Shown: piece after piece, positions 45,882 to 55,644 of the stretch
Numbering within the stretch: position 1 is the stretch's first letter
Layout of the letters: every line of letters begins with the position of its first letter
Origin: Pectinatus sp.
GTDB taxonomy: Bacteria > Bacillota > Negativicutes > Selenomonadales > Selenomonadaceae
Assembly: GCA_020025135.1 (NCBI GenBank)
Contig: JAHHSQ010000001.1
Span: forward strand, 179 to 64,178
Direction of reading: 5' to 3'
Length of the DNA stretch: 64,000 nucleotides
Translations under genes and position numbers: made by a program
Notes under the pieces: model-generated
What the model was told of the DNA's origin: nothing
Seen by the model: only the letters and a program-made list of their open reading frames with translations
Database searches by the model: none

Positions 45882-46235
45882 TTGGGAGTACGTGTAGAGA
45901 AGTTACAAGAGGAGATAAAGCATGCTGTTGGTAACATTCTCCTCAGAGATATGCACAATCCCCATTTGGGCTTTGTCACTGTAACTAGCGTGAAACTGAC
46001 GCCTGATTTGCGCCATGCACGCATTTATATCAGTGTATTGGGAAGTAAATCGCAGGTGGAGGATAGCTGGGAAGCATTGAAAAAATCGCAGGCTTATATC
46101 CGTCATTCTTTAGCGCAAAAAGTGAGAATGCGTTATGTACCTGAAATAGAATTATTTCCGGATACGACGATGCAATACAGTGCCCATATCCAGGGGATTA
46201 TCAATAAGATTCATCGCGATGAAGGCAATAAATGA
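45882..46235 (+). CDS. rbfA: Ribosome-binding factor A
   Basis: RVEKLQEEIKHAVGNILLRDMHNPHLGFVTVTSVKLTPDLRHARIYISV is typical RbfA. Confidence 0.9.
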   Translation: MGVRVEKLQEEIKHAVGNILLRDMHNPHLGFVTVTSVKLTPDLRHARIYISVLGSKSQVEDSWEALKKSQAYIRHSLAQKVRMRYVPEIELFPDTTMQYSAHIQGIINKIHRDEGNK

Positions 46236-46239
46236 TACA

Positions 46240-46274
46240 AAGACAGTTGTGCAAAAGCGCAACTGTCTTTTCTC
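46240..46274 (+). terminator. Rho-independent terminator after rbfA
   Basis: aaagacagttgtgc-aaaa-gcgcaactgtcttt, followed by TCTC and a T-rich run. Confidence 0.6.
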
Positions 46275-46372
46275 AATAATAGGTGCTTTAGTGCCAATAA
46301 TTTGACGATAAAGTAGGAAGGTAAATTTGTTGCCAAATAAGTCATTGAAAGAAATAAACGAGGTAAATTTTG

Positions 46373-47338
46373 ATGAGTGAGATTACATTAAAAAGAGCAG
46401 GAGAAATTATCAGACAAGCAAAACACATTGCCATTTCTCCGCACTTGAATCCGGATGGTGATTCCTTGGGGTCGGCATTAGGACTCTATCATGCTTTGAG
46501 AACGAAAATAGTTGATGTACGACTATTTTTGGATGATGATATGCCAGATAATTACCATATTTTACCTGGATGGGAATTATTTAAAAAACCAGTTGGGGAA
46601 ATTACAGATATTGATTTATTAATAGTGGTTGATTGTGATAATGAAAGAATAGGGAAAACAAGTTCCTTGATAAAGGCACCTATTCTCAATTTAGACCATC
46701 ACCGCACCAATAATCAGCAAGCAACTTATTTATATAACGAACCACAATGTGCTGCTACTGGTGAAGTCATCTATCAACTGTTAAGAGAAATGGGGATTAA
46801 TTTAAACGCCCAAATAGCAACTTGTTTATATACAGCTATAGCAACAGATTGTGGTTTCTTCCGATATGCTAATACAACGGCAGAAACAATGCGTATTGCA
46901 GCTGATTTATTAACCGCTGGAGCGGAGGCAGTAAGTGTATCAGAAGCAATGATGGAACGTTCTTTAGAGCAATTACAAATTTTGGCGGAAGCTATTCAGA
47001 CGATGGAAATAAGAGCCAATGGTCGTCTGGCAGTTTTAACTGCTCCTAAAGAGATGTTAGAAAAATGCCATAACACGGAAGATATTGTCAATTATGGCCG
47101 GGCCGTAAAAGGTGTAGATGTATCGCTTTTTGTCAAATATGTGGAACCACAGTTATCTAGGGTTAGTATGCGTTCTCGGTCCTTAAATGTCGCCGAAGTA
47201 GCGGAGAAATTTGGTGGCGGTGGGCACATACATGCAGCAGGAATTACACTAAAACATGATTTGGGAACGACAAAACAGCTGTTGATAGATTGTTTGGAAA
47301 AAGTATTGCAAGAGGATAAAGATGACCATGGAATATAA
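46373..47338 (+). CDS. nrnA: DHH/DHHA1 phosphoesterase NrnA (oligoribonuclease / pAp phosphatase)
   Basis: HLNPDGDSLGS, DCDN, DHH and GGGH motifs. Confidence 0.8.
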   Translation: MSEITLKRAGEIIRQAKHIAISPHLNPDGDSLGSALGLYHALRTKIVDVRLFLDDDMPDNYHILPGWELFKKPVGEITDIDLLIVVDCDNERIGKTSSLIKAPILNLDHHRTNNQQATYLYNEPQCAATGEVIYQLLREMGINLNAQIATCLYTAIATDCGFFRYANTTAETMRIAADLLTAGAEAVSVSEAMMERSLEQLQILAEAIQTMEIRANGRLAVLTAPKEMLEKCHNTEDIVNYGRAVKGVDVSLFVKYVEPQLSRVSMRSRSLNVAEVAEKFGGGGHIHAAGITLKHDLGTTKQLLIDCLEKVLQEDKDDHGI

Positions 47339-48200
47339 CGGCTTTATCAATTTTTTAAAACCACCTGGAATGACATCACATGATGCGGTCAGTTGTATTA
47401 GGCGTATTTATGGGCAAAAAAAAGTTGGCCATGCTGGTACTTTGGACCCCGCTGCTGCTGGAGTATTACCGATTGCTCTAGGGCAGGCTACGCGTTTAAT
47501 AGAATTTATGAGTGAAGTAGAAAAGGGATATATTGCTGAAATTTGGGCAGGCATTAAGACAGATAGTGGCGACGATACTGGCAAGGTCCTTTTGCGCGAT
47601 GAAAATGTTGCTTGGCCAGAAGATTTAGCGGCTTTAGCAGCTCAATTTAGTGGGACAATTTGGCAGCAACCACCACAATATTCAGCTATTAAAATTCAAG
47701 GTGAGAGAGCGTATAACTTAGCACGTAACAATATTCAAGTTGATATGCCGAAACGACAGGTTACAGTTCATGCTTTAACCTTAAATAATAGTGATGATGA
47801 GCGCAAGATAATGTTGGAGGCACGTTGTTCTAAGGGAACGTATATTCGTTCACTTTGTCAAGATATCGGTGCCTATATTGGCATTCCTGCAACGATGGGC
47901 TTTTTATTGCGAACTCAGGTAGGGCCATTTCTATTGGAAGAAGCTGTTTCTGAAATGGAAATTAGAGAAAATCCTCTAGAAAGACTGTTGCCTTTGTCTT
48001 TTGCACAGCATTTTTTGCCGGTCTTTACTCTTTTAGAGCCTTGGGCTGTGCGCTTTCAACATGGCCAAACAGTGCGGATAGATACATTTTGTAAAGAAGA
48101 GGTCGTTTTGGTTAAGACTACTGAAGAAAATTATCTCGGTGTAGGTAAAATAATGAATAAATATTTAAAACCAGTAAAGGTATTCCCCAGCGTTGATTGA
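47322..48200 (+). CDS. truB: tRNA pseudouridine55 synthase
   Basis: NGFINFLKPPGMTSHD and VGHAGTLDPAAAGVLPIALG, which includes the catalytic Asp. Confidence 0.9.
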   Translation: MTMEYNGFINFLKPPGMTSHDAVSCIRRIYGQKKVGHAGTLDPAAAGVLPIALGQATRLIEFMSEVEKGYIAEIWAGIKTDSGDDTGKVLLRDENVAWPEDLAALAAQFSGTIWQQPPQYSAIKIQGERAYNLARNNIQVDMPKRQVTVHALTLNNSDDERKIMLEARCSKGTYIRSLCQDIGAYIGIPATMGFLLRTQVGPFLLEEAVSEMEIRENPLERLLPLSFAQHFLPVFTLLEPWAVRFQHGQTVRIDTFCKEEVVLVKTTEENYLGVGKIMNKYLKPVKVFPSVD

Positions 48201-48206
48201 GAAATA

Positions 48207-48248
48207 AGCGAGGAGTTTTGCTAAAAAGCAATGGTCCTCGCTATTTTT
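48207..48248 (+). terminator. Probable terminator after truB
   Basis: Stem agcgagga...tcctcgct with a structured 20-nt loop, then ATTTTT. Confidence 0.5.
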
Positions 48249-48350
48249 ATCAAAAAAATAAAGTTGCGAGTTTTAAGCTCACAACTTTTAAGTTGACATA
48301 AACGCATTTATTTCAGATATGAAGTTAGTTCTTGTAAAATAACAAAATTT

Positions 48351-49331
48351 CTAATCTTCGATTAATTTTAGTGTGCTATTAAAGATATTTTGTGGCGTTA
48401 AATCAGTTTCTTTTAGCACTACGGTTTTATATAGATGAGGTTTGGGTGACCACTTCTCTAGATGTTCTGGAGAGGCAATGTAAAATAGGGCAATAACTGG
48501 TGTACCAACTGATAAGCCCATATGCATCGTCCCCGTATCGACACTGATTAAAGCACGACTATTTTGTAGAAGAGCTCCTAGTTCTGCTAGAGAAGTAGCG
48601 TTGGTGAAATCTATATAATCTTTATTTAACTTGGAAAGTTCTTCACTGTAGCGCACGGCACGTTGCCCTGCTCCCGTGAGAATGACTTGGTAGGAAGTGG
48701 AGGCAAAAAATTGCAATATTTGAATACAAGTTGAAATGGGCATATCTTTTATCGCTAATTTTGAGACTGGACAGAGGCAAATGTAAGGCATTTCTGCAGA
48801 GAGGCCATGTTTATGCAATAGCTCTGTTACTTTGTCATGAGCACTTTGTGGTGGAGTGTAAGACATGGGCAATTCTGGATACTTTTTGCCAGTATAGTGA
48901 GACAGTAATTCTAAATTTATATCTTGCATATGCTTGTTCTTACTAAGAGAGGGCAGTTTAGTAGGAGAGAGGAAGGCAGTGAAAAAACCTTTTTTGTGAG
49001 CATAAATGTGCTTCGCTTTAAATAGGTAGGCCAATAAAATACCGCGCTCGTTACCGTAAATGATAAAGGCTGCATCTATTTTTCCCTTTAAGTCATGGCG
49101 GTATTCTTTGTAAAATTTATAAATGCCAGATATACCGCGATGCCGTCCTTTTTTATCGTAGACGATGACATTATCAACACCATCTAAATACATGGCCGCT
49201 TCGGTAAAAGGGCTATTAACTATAAATGTGATAGTAGCATCTGGGTATGATTTTTTTATGCCACTGCAGAGTGGTCCCGTTAATAAGATGTCGCCAAAAA
49301 ATGAAGTGTTGATAATTAGAAAATTTTTCAT
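48351..49331 (-). CDS. Glycosyltransferase family 9 (LPS heptosyltransferase-like)
   Basis: N-terminal FLIINTSFFGDILLTGPL... and C-terminal SVDTGTMHMG are GT9 hallmarks. Confidence 0.8.
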   Translation of the reverse strand: MKNFLIINTSFFGDILLTGPLCSGIKKSYPDATITFIVNSPFTEAAMYLDGVDNVIVYDKKGRHRGISGIYKFYKEYRHDLKGKIDAAFIIYGNERGILLAYLFKAKHIYAHKKGFFTAFLSPTKLPSLSKNKHMQDINLELLSHYTGKKYPELPMSYTPPQSAHDKVTELLHKHGLSAEMPYICLCPVSKLAIKDMPISTCIQILQFFASTSYQVILTGAGQRAVRYSEELSKLNKDYIDFTNATSLAELGALLQNSRALISVDTGTMHMGLSVGTPVIALFYIASPEHLEKWSPKPHLYKTVVLKETDLTPQNIFNSTLKLIED

Positions 49332-49412
49332 AGTATTAGGTGGCCTGTTGTGCCAAACCGCAATTTCTTCCTTTCAATATTGACATAATGAGAAGCTACA
49401 TATGAGGAAGGA

Positions 49413-50384
49413 TTATTTAGCTATTTTTTTTAGTAGATAGTGCCAGTACCAAATTAATGATTCCTTCCAGTAGCCTTTTTTACGTAGGACTTTGGAGTAA
49501 ACTTTCATATCTTTGTAATTTTTAGGATACTCTAAGGGCGAATTTTTCCACGGGGTCATTTGCTCATATTTATGATAGATATCGTAGGCAAAATCTTCTT
49601 TATCAATGTGAATATTCCAAGCTACCGTCCATGGTTTAGGATGGGCTGCAAAGTGTAAAAGTACAATCTTATCGACGGCACTGTGGTGATAGTCAATCGT
49701 ATTATAGATACTGGGGAGATAGTATATTTTTTGTGTCAAGAGGACATTGAGGGCATCTTGGTCTAAATAGCGATACCGTTTCGGGTCGGCATGGAGAATG
49801 GAAAGGACTTTGTCCATTACCTTGAAATCATTCCAAGCGGGGACATTGATGATTAAAAGGCCAGCATTAAAATAAGTGTGATTTTCGAGAGATAGAGCAG
49901 TATTGCGTTTCTTATTCATCCATGGTAAATCTGGAACAGCAGCCACTAGATACGGTTTTTCCAGATTAATGGAGAATAAATTGGTGGCATCTCGTAAACA
50001 AACTATATCGGCATCCAAGTAATAGATGTATTTTTCTTGGGGCAAAATGAGGGGAAAGAGAAAGCGAAAATATGTTGCTAGTGGTAAGTGGGCAAAAGAT
50101 GGTAAGGTGAGAAGCTTGGCAGTATCGATAGTATACAGATAAATTGTAGTATGTAGGTTCTCAGCTAATTCTTTCAACTTTTCCCTATTTTGGGTGTGTA
50201 ATCCAGCTGTGATGATATGAAAGATTAAGTTTCGTTTGGGATTATTGGCACAAAAGGAAGTTATAGAAGTAGCCAAACAGCGCATATAATTGTCATCTAC
50301 CCCGTACCCAAGGTGATAGCAAGGCTGTTCCTTTTGGGACGAATTGGTATAGGCAAAACTAAATTTTTCTTGGACGTAAGACAT
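49413..50384 (-). CDS. Glycosyltransferase family 8 (LPS core glucosyl/galactosyltransferase, RfaI/RfaJ-like)
   Basis: YHLGYGVDDNY, YLDADIVCL (DxD), YFNAGLLIINV and HFAAHPKPW. Confidence 0.8.
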   Translation of the reverse strand: MSYVQEKFSFAYTNSSQKEQPCYHLGYGVDDNYMRCLATSITSFCANNPKRNLIFHIITAGLHTQNREKLKELAENLHTTIYLYTIDTAKLLTLPSFAHLPLATYFRFLFPLILPQEKYIYYLDADIVCLRDATNLFSINLEKPYLVAAVPDLPWMNKKRNTALSLENHTYFNAGLLIINVPAWNDFKVMDKVLSILHADPKRYRYLDQDALNVLLTQKIYYLPSIYNTIDYHHSAVDKIVLLHFAAHPKPWTVAWNIHIDKEDFAYDIYHKYEQMTPWKNSPLEYPKNYKDMKVYSKVLRKKGYWKESLIWYWHYLLKKIAK

Positions 50385-50388
50385 ATTA

Positions 50389-51366
50389 TTATTCCCTTCT
50401 TAACAATTTATCGCTCATTTTCCAGTAAGCATATCGCAATATCCATTTTATATATTGTGGATAATTATGTAATTTTTTCATAGTACGAGCCATGAATTTA
50501 GCTTGTTTGTATGTCGTCGGTTGCACGATGGGAACATCGTACCAAGGAGAGTAATCGCGATATTTTAACCAGAGTCGGGAAAGAAAGTGAAACTGTCCCC
50601 AACTTTGCCAAGGTTTAACTGTGGATGAATAGTGTAATAATACGGTATCTTTAGGTATATCTTGGCAATTAGAAGAGAGATGGTAGATATAATTGTATAT
50701 ATTTTCGACAAATAAAAGTTTATTTTGTAATAAAATATTTAAACAATCTTGGTCAAAATATTTAAAATTATTTTTCTCTTGAAAGGTGTGTAAGAATTGA
50801 TTGGAAATATTTTCTCTATTCCAATTTTCTACATTTATTAGGAGCATACCAGAATTGAAATATTTGTCGCTATTAAAGGAGAATTGTTTTTGTGCATATT
50901 TTACCATAGAAGTATCGTCTGCTACCACTATGGCAATTTTATTTTCAAAATCTCTAACCCACAATGGTAAAAGTGATTTTAAGCAGATAATATCAGCATC
51001 TAGATAAATAAATCTATCTGTTATTGATGCTAAATTAGTAGCCACAAAAATACGGTAGTAGGCTGCTCTAGTCCAAATAAAGCCTGTTGGCAAAAAGTTA
51101 ATATTTTTTAAATTTATCTTATAAATATAAAGGGCAATATTTTTAAATTTTTGGCCTAAGGCAGTGAGGCGACGCATATCATCACTAAATAAACCATCGG
51201 TAAAGATGTGAAAGACGATGGGGAGATTTTGATTATTGAGAACTACGGAAGAGATGCTCACGCCTAAGGGAAATCCAAAGTTAGCATCTACGCCATAGGC
51301 AATGTGAAGGGCACTTTTTTCATCTATTTGATTGCCAATATTTTTTTTCGGACAGATAAAATTCAT
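50389..51366 (-). CDS. Glycosyltransferase family 8 (paralog of the preceding gene)
   Basis: HIAYGVDANF, YLDADIICL, YFNSGMLLINV and HYSSTVKPW. Confidence 0.8.
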   Translation of the reverse strand: MNFICPKKNIGNQIDEKSALHIAYGVDANFGFPLGVSISSVVLNNQNLPIVFHIFTDGLFSDDMRRLTALGQKFKNIALYIYKINLKNINFLPTGFIWTRAAYYRIFVATNLASITDRFIYLDADIICLKSLLPLWVRDFENKIAIVVADDTSMVKYAQKQFSFNSDKYFNSGMLLINVENWNRENISNQFLHTFQEKNNFKYFDQDCLNILLQNKLLFVENIYNYIYHLSSNCQDIPKDTVLLHYSSTVKPWQSWGQFHFLSRLWLKYRDYSPWYDVPIVQPTTYKQAKFMARTMKKLHNYPQYIKWILRYAYWKMSDKLLRRE

Positions 51367-51480
51367 AAAAATCTTAATCCTTTCTATGGCATGGTTGTCA
51401 GGTATTCTGAAGATGTGTTACACTGTGAGAGAATTTTAAAAAGTATCAGTATGGAGGATTACTGCATTGCAGTTAGGGAA

Positions 51481-52581
51481 ATGAAGAAAAATTTATTTAT
51501 AGTGAATACGCCGTATCATCTTTTGACTTGTTTTATTCTTGCCAACAGTTTGTTTTCTGAAGATGAAAATTACTTGTCCTTGATACATCCACATGGTTTT
51601 TCTAAATGGTCAAAAGACATGCTCTTATCGTATTTAATGAGTGAAAATGCTGGTTATCAAAGGGTTTTTTCCCTCGGAAATTGGCTTTCGAGTCGCAATA
51701 AAAGTAAGAGCTATCGCCAGCAAGTGTTAGATGTACAAAAAAACATGGGGAATTTAGGGATTGAACAAGTTTTTTTAGGTAGTGATATTGACCCTCAAAA
51801 TCAATTATTAGTGGCCAGTTTAGGATTGACAAAATTTTGGCGTTATGAGGATGGCCTTTTTTCGTATTATAATGCCGATAGGTGTCGTTCTTGGTGGCAT
51901 GCTCACTTTCATCGCTGGCGATTGCGTCTTTTGCAATATATATCTGGGATAAAGACATCTATAAATTTGAACACCATAACAGCTAGTGCTAGTACTGCTG
52001 GCTTAGGAGATTATATGTATGCACCTGACCTTTTACAGCGTTATTCTCCCGAGACACGGGCGATAAGCAAAGAAAATATTGATACTGCCATGCAGATTTT
52101 ACAGGCTAAGAATTTATTGCCCGTAGATTTTACCTCGCCTACAGTGTTATTTTTAAGTCAACCATTAATTGAGAAAGGATGGTTTACTCAGGTTGAGGAG
52201 AGGAAGTGTTTAGAGCAAGTATTATCTGTCTGTCCCCCTAATACTCAGTTAATCTACAAGCCTCATCCCAACGATAGAGCAGAAAAAATAGCCTACTACA
52301 AGCAAAATTTTCCGCAATTAAAGTTGAGCTATAGCATTATTCCAGCGGAAATAATCTTTGCTAGTAGTGAAAATCTATTAGCAGTTATCAGTTATCAATC
52401 TACGGCTTTGCTGAATGTGCGCTGTTTTTCTCGGCCTAGAAAAGTTCAGCAAGTAAAAGCGATAAGTTTATCTGATTTCGCAAATAGTCCTGTTTTGCCT
52501 CCTTATAAAAAAATAATGAAAAATGCAGGCGTTTTATTTCCTAGTAGTTTAACGGATATTCAAGAAATAATGTCGCGATAG
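51481..52581 (+). CDS. Hypothetical glycosyltransferase, GT52-like (Lst-type) pattern
   Basis: Block similarity that I recall from GT52 enzymes: FIVNTPYHLL / EDGLFSYY / LFLSQPL / YKPHPNDR / IPAEIIF / ISYQSTALLN. The start is moved to the ATG at 51481, because the upstream part of the tracked ORF overlaps the GT8 gene on the other strand. Confidence 0.45.
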   Translation: MKKNLFIVNTPYHLLTCFILANSLFSEDENYLSLIHPHGFSKWSKDMLLSYLMSENAGYQRVFSLGNWLSSRNKSKSYRQQVLDVQKNMGNLGIEQVFLGSDIDPQNQLLVASLGLTKFWRYEDGLFSYYNADRCRSWWHAHFHRWRLRLLQYISGIKTSINLNTITASASTAGLGDYMYAPDLLQRYSPETRAISKENIDTAMQILQAKNLLPVDFTSPTVLFLSQPLIEKGWFTQVEERKCLEQVLSVCPPNTQLIYKPHPNDRAEKIAYYKQNFPQLKLSYSIIPAEIIFASSENLLAVISYQSTALLNVRCFSRPRKVQQVKAISLSDFANSPVLPPYKKIMKNAGVLFPSSLTDIQEIMSR

Positions 52582-53630
52582 AGTGCAGTTATTTTTTCAA
52601 ACATCACTGTTTCTGAGAAAGAGGCAGTGATGTTTTTTGTCGCTGCTAAACCCATTTGGGTGCGCATCGTTTTATTAATTGCTAGTAGGTCTAGTTTTTG
52701 GAGAAGAAGTTCTTTTTGCCCATAAGGAATTAAAAAACCATCTTTTTTATCAGTAATGATTTCCGTTATGCCACCGACGGCATAGGCTACAGCTGGTTTT
52801 CCCATAGCCATCCCTTCTGCAATAGAGAGACCAAATGTTTCAAAATATGATGGCAGAGTAATTACATCGGCCATTGCCACATATGGAGCGACATCGTTTT
52901 TTCTGCCGAGAAAATGAATTCTTTTGGTCAAATGTAATTTTTGTATCTGCCGGAGCAGTTTCCATTCTCCTTTACCACTGCCTAATACAATTAAATGCCA
53001 ATTTTTCGCTTGAGGGGATTGCATGATATCCAAAAGTACACCATGGCCTTTATTACGCAAATTTTTGATGCGCGCTACAACAGCAAGGCAGAAGGCATCA
53101 GGCGGAATAGTATATTTTTGGCGTAAATCCGTATCGATAGGACGCGGAAAGAAAATTTTATTATTTATGCCGATGTAAATGAGGTGTACTTTAGAATGTG
53201 GACAGCCATTTTTGAGGGCGATAGACTTCACGCATTTACTGACGGCAATGATGGCATCAGCTTGACAGAGAATTTTTTCCTTGGCATTGCCAAAATTCCC
53301 GTGTGCTGTATACATAACTGGCACATCATGGCAGTATCTTTTTTTACATTTCAAGGCTGTAATACCAGCTGCAGCACTGTGGCTATGAACGATTTGGATA
53401 TGGTATTTTTTGATGATACGCGCGAGGAAAAAGGCACTGATATCAGTGCTAAGGCGAATTGGTAAAAAGAAGGTGGGAATATTTAATGCCCTTAATTTAT
53501 GCGTTAGCTGACCACCGCCAGAGGCTAAATAAACATTATAACCTTTTCCTTTTAACAAGATGGCCAAGCGTAAAACGTGGCTTTCTGCTCCTCCCACGTT
53601 AAAGCGAGGGATCAGGAGTAAAATATTCAT
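52560..53630 (-). CDS. Glycosyltransferase family 4 (GT-B, Glycos_transf_1)
   Basis: MNILLLIPRFNVGGAESHVLRLA... and the C-terminal ETFGLSIAEGMAMGKPAVA motif. Confidence 0.8.
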   Translation of the reverse strand: MNILLLIPRFNVGGAESHVLRLAILLKGKGYNVYLASGGGQLTHKLRALNIPTFFLPIRLSTDISAFFLARIIKKYHIQIVHSHSAAAGITALKCKKRYCHDVPVMYTAHGNFGNAKEKILCQADAIIAVSKCVKSIALKNGCPHSKVHLIYIGINNKIFFPRPIDTDLRQKYTIPPDAFCLAVVARIKNLRNKGHGVLLDIMQSPQAKNWHLIVLGSGKGEWKLLRQIQKLHLTKRIHFLGRKNDVAPYVAMADVITLPSYFETFGLSIAEGMAMGKPAVAYAVGGITEIITDKKDGFLIPYGQKELLLQKLDLLAINKTMRTQMGLAATKNITASFSETVMFEKITALYRDIIS

Positions 53631-53666
53631 GGTAATGATTTCCTATACTTTTTTTAAAAAATAATT

Positions 53667-54692
53667 TTATTTTTCAAAGGAAGATTTTTCAGGTAAGATT
53701 TTTTGGAAAGCGGCAATAACGCGGTCACGCACCCTGGGGAAATCCATATTATCGTTGTCGTTGATACAAATCATCGGCAATGTTTGGCCTTCGATGGCAG
53801 CAAATAGTGATTCGTTATCGGCTACACTGCCATAAATTTCAAATACTTTTCCCTTGGTATGTCGATTAATGGGGGTGAAATTACCCTGCACCAGTTGCCA
53901 ATAGCGAATGAGCCATTGGTCGACGTCTGAACGGGAGCGAAATTTGTGTCGACTGCTTTCGTCGAGAGTTTCGCCCTCTTTTTCCCAAATATCATCGTAA
54001 GTGCTTTTCAGGAAAGAATAGGGGAGATGATTATTGGAAAAACCGCGGAAGTGGTGTTCGCCAGAGAAAATCCAGTTACGCAGAGCATTGAGACCGTAGC
54101 GAGGTGACATCCATTTCCAAAAATGTTTTTTTACTTGTTCTTTTTTATCGAAATGGGCGTTTAAAACCGCCATGCTGTTAAATTTTATAAAAGGCATCAT
54201 ATCTCCCTTGACAGGTGAACTTATAGCAGTGACGATGCAGAAATCAGTTGGTAAACCATTCTCGAAAAATAGTCGTGGTGAGGTTGGCTGTAAGATAAAC
54301 ATATCATCGTTGAAGGACACAAAATGCTCTGCCAAATTGGGAATGCGGTGTAAGTTTAGCTCCAGTGGACTAGAGCTAAAAGTAGGCATGTACTCTGGTA
54401 AAAGATAATCTTCATGACGGACAATTTGTAGTTTAGGATGGTTTATATTGAGCCAAGAAGGTAAATGGCCGTAAGTGATAAAGTGGATTTTGTTCACCCA
54501 AGGTGTAAATTTTTCGACACCGCGAAACCAGTATTGTAAATTGTCCCAGTCGCGATAGCGACTGATACGTTTGTCACCTTTAGATGGGGCATATTTTTCT
54601 TTGTCTGCCTGCCAAACAGGGTCGTTACCATCTACCCAGCAGACGGTAAAATCGATGGGAAAATTAGTATTATCAGCCATTCTATTTATCAT
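53667..54692 (-). CDS. Stealth-family hexose-1-phosphate transferase-like protein
   Basis: Stealth conserved regions: CR1 DFTVCWVDGNDPVW, CR2 RYRDWDNLQYWFRGVEKFTPWVNKIHFIT, CR3 MPTFSSSPLELNLHRIPNLAEHFVSFNDDMF. Confidence 0.7.
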   Translation of the reverse strand: MINRMADNTNFPIDFTVCWVDGNDPVWQADKEKYAPSKGDKRISRYRDWDNLQYWFRGVEKFTPWVNKIHFITYGHLPSWLNINHPKLQIVRHEDYLLPEYMPTFSSSPLELNLHRIPNLAEHFVSFNDDMFILQPTSPRLFFENGLPTDFCIVTAISSPVKGDMMPFIKFNSMAVLNAHFDKKEQVKKHFWKWMSPRYGLNALRNWIFSGEHHFRGFSNNHLPYSFLKSTYDDIWEKEGETLDESSRHKFRSRSDVDQWLIRYWQLVQGNFTPINRHTKGKVFEIYGSVADNESLFAAIEGQTLPMICINDNDNMDFPRVRDRVIAAFQKILPEKSSFEK

Positions 54693-55506
54693 CCTCTTTA
54701 TCTAAATAAGTTTTAGTAGCACGGTGGCGCTCTACGGATTTCCAACGATTATGTAGCCAAAACCACTCTTCGGTATGGTTTAGAATATGTGCTTCGATAA
54801 TTTTTGTTATTTTTTCGGTAGTAACGCGAATATCGTGGTGTTTGTGTTTTGTTTTTTCGACGAACATGGGGGGAGAAATGAAAATATCATGTGTGTGTGG
54901 TTTTTCTCCAGCTGTGATAAAGACGGGAACGATGGGGGCATTGTTAAAGCGTGCCAAGGTGGCAGCACCGTGAGCACAAGAAGCATTTCTGCCTAAAAAG
55001 GGCATGACAATGCCATCTTCGGCAGCATCTTGGTCCATAATAAGACCAATAATCCAACCTTCTTTGAGGAGTTTGAACATAGAGCGAACATCGTATTTAT
55101 ACATTATCTTCATACCGCTCATTTGGCGGTATTCATTGATAAATTTATCGGCAGAAAGATTAGATTGTTGTTGTGAAACACCAACGAGATTAAACCCATT
55201 TAACGCCAAAGCTGCTCCCAATAACTCCCAGTTGTCGCTATGGGCGGTGGCAATAATGACACCACGTTGATAGTTTACTGCCTCAGTTAGGTATTCTTTT
55301 CCGTGTATATGTACATATTTGTCGATATTTTTAGTGATAATGGGGAAACGCAATACTTCAACTATCATTGGCCCAAAGCGCACCCAACTTTTTTTTACGA
55401 GTTCGGTAGCTTTTTGATGATTTAAGGAGAGGGATTGCATCGCATTGTTAATGGCCATGTTGAGTCGTTTGTTGGGTATTAAATGCCAGGTGATATTGCC
55501 GAGCAT
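54682..55506 (-). CDS. Lipid A biosynthesis late acyltransferase (LpxL/HtrB family); N-terminus unresolved
   Basis: H....D-type motif region (ATAHSDNWELLG) and a lysophospholipid-acyltransferase fold. The conserved N-terminal anchor continues upstream of the Met at 55506 without a start codon. See the finding on 55506..55625. Confidence 0.75.
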   Translation of the reverse strand: MLGNITWHLIPNKRLNMAINNAMQSLSLNHQKATELVKKSWVRFGPMIVEVLRFPIITKNIDKYVHIHGKEYLTEAVNYQRGVIIATAHSDNWELLGAALALNGFNLVGVSQQQSNLSADKFINEYRQMSGMKIMYKYDVRSMFKLLKEGWIIGLIMDQDAAEDGIVMPFLGRNASCAHGAATLARFNNAPIVPVFITAGEKPHTHDIFISPPMFVEKTKHKHHDIRVTTEKITKIIEAHILNHTEEWFWLHNRWKSVERHRATKTYLDKEDDK

Positions 55507-55644
55507 AGCGCCTATCTTATAGGCATAGGATTCTGGTAAGAGGCAAAAAAATTTGCTTAATATCTTTAATAAATAGTAAATGATGATGCGGCAATGAAAA
55601 ATTTATGAGGAGAAAAATTTTCCATGCCTCCTCCTTTCTCAATT

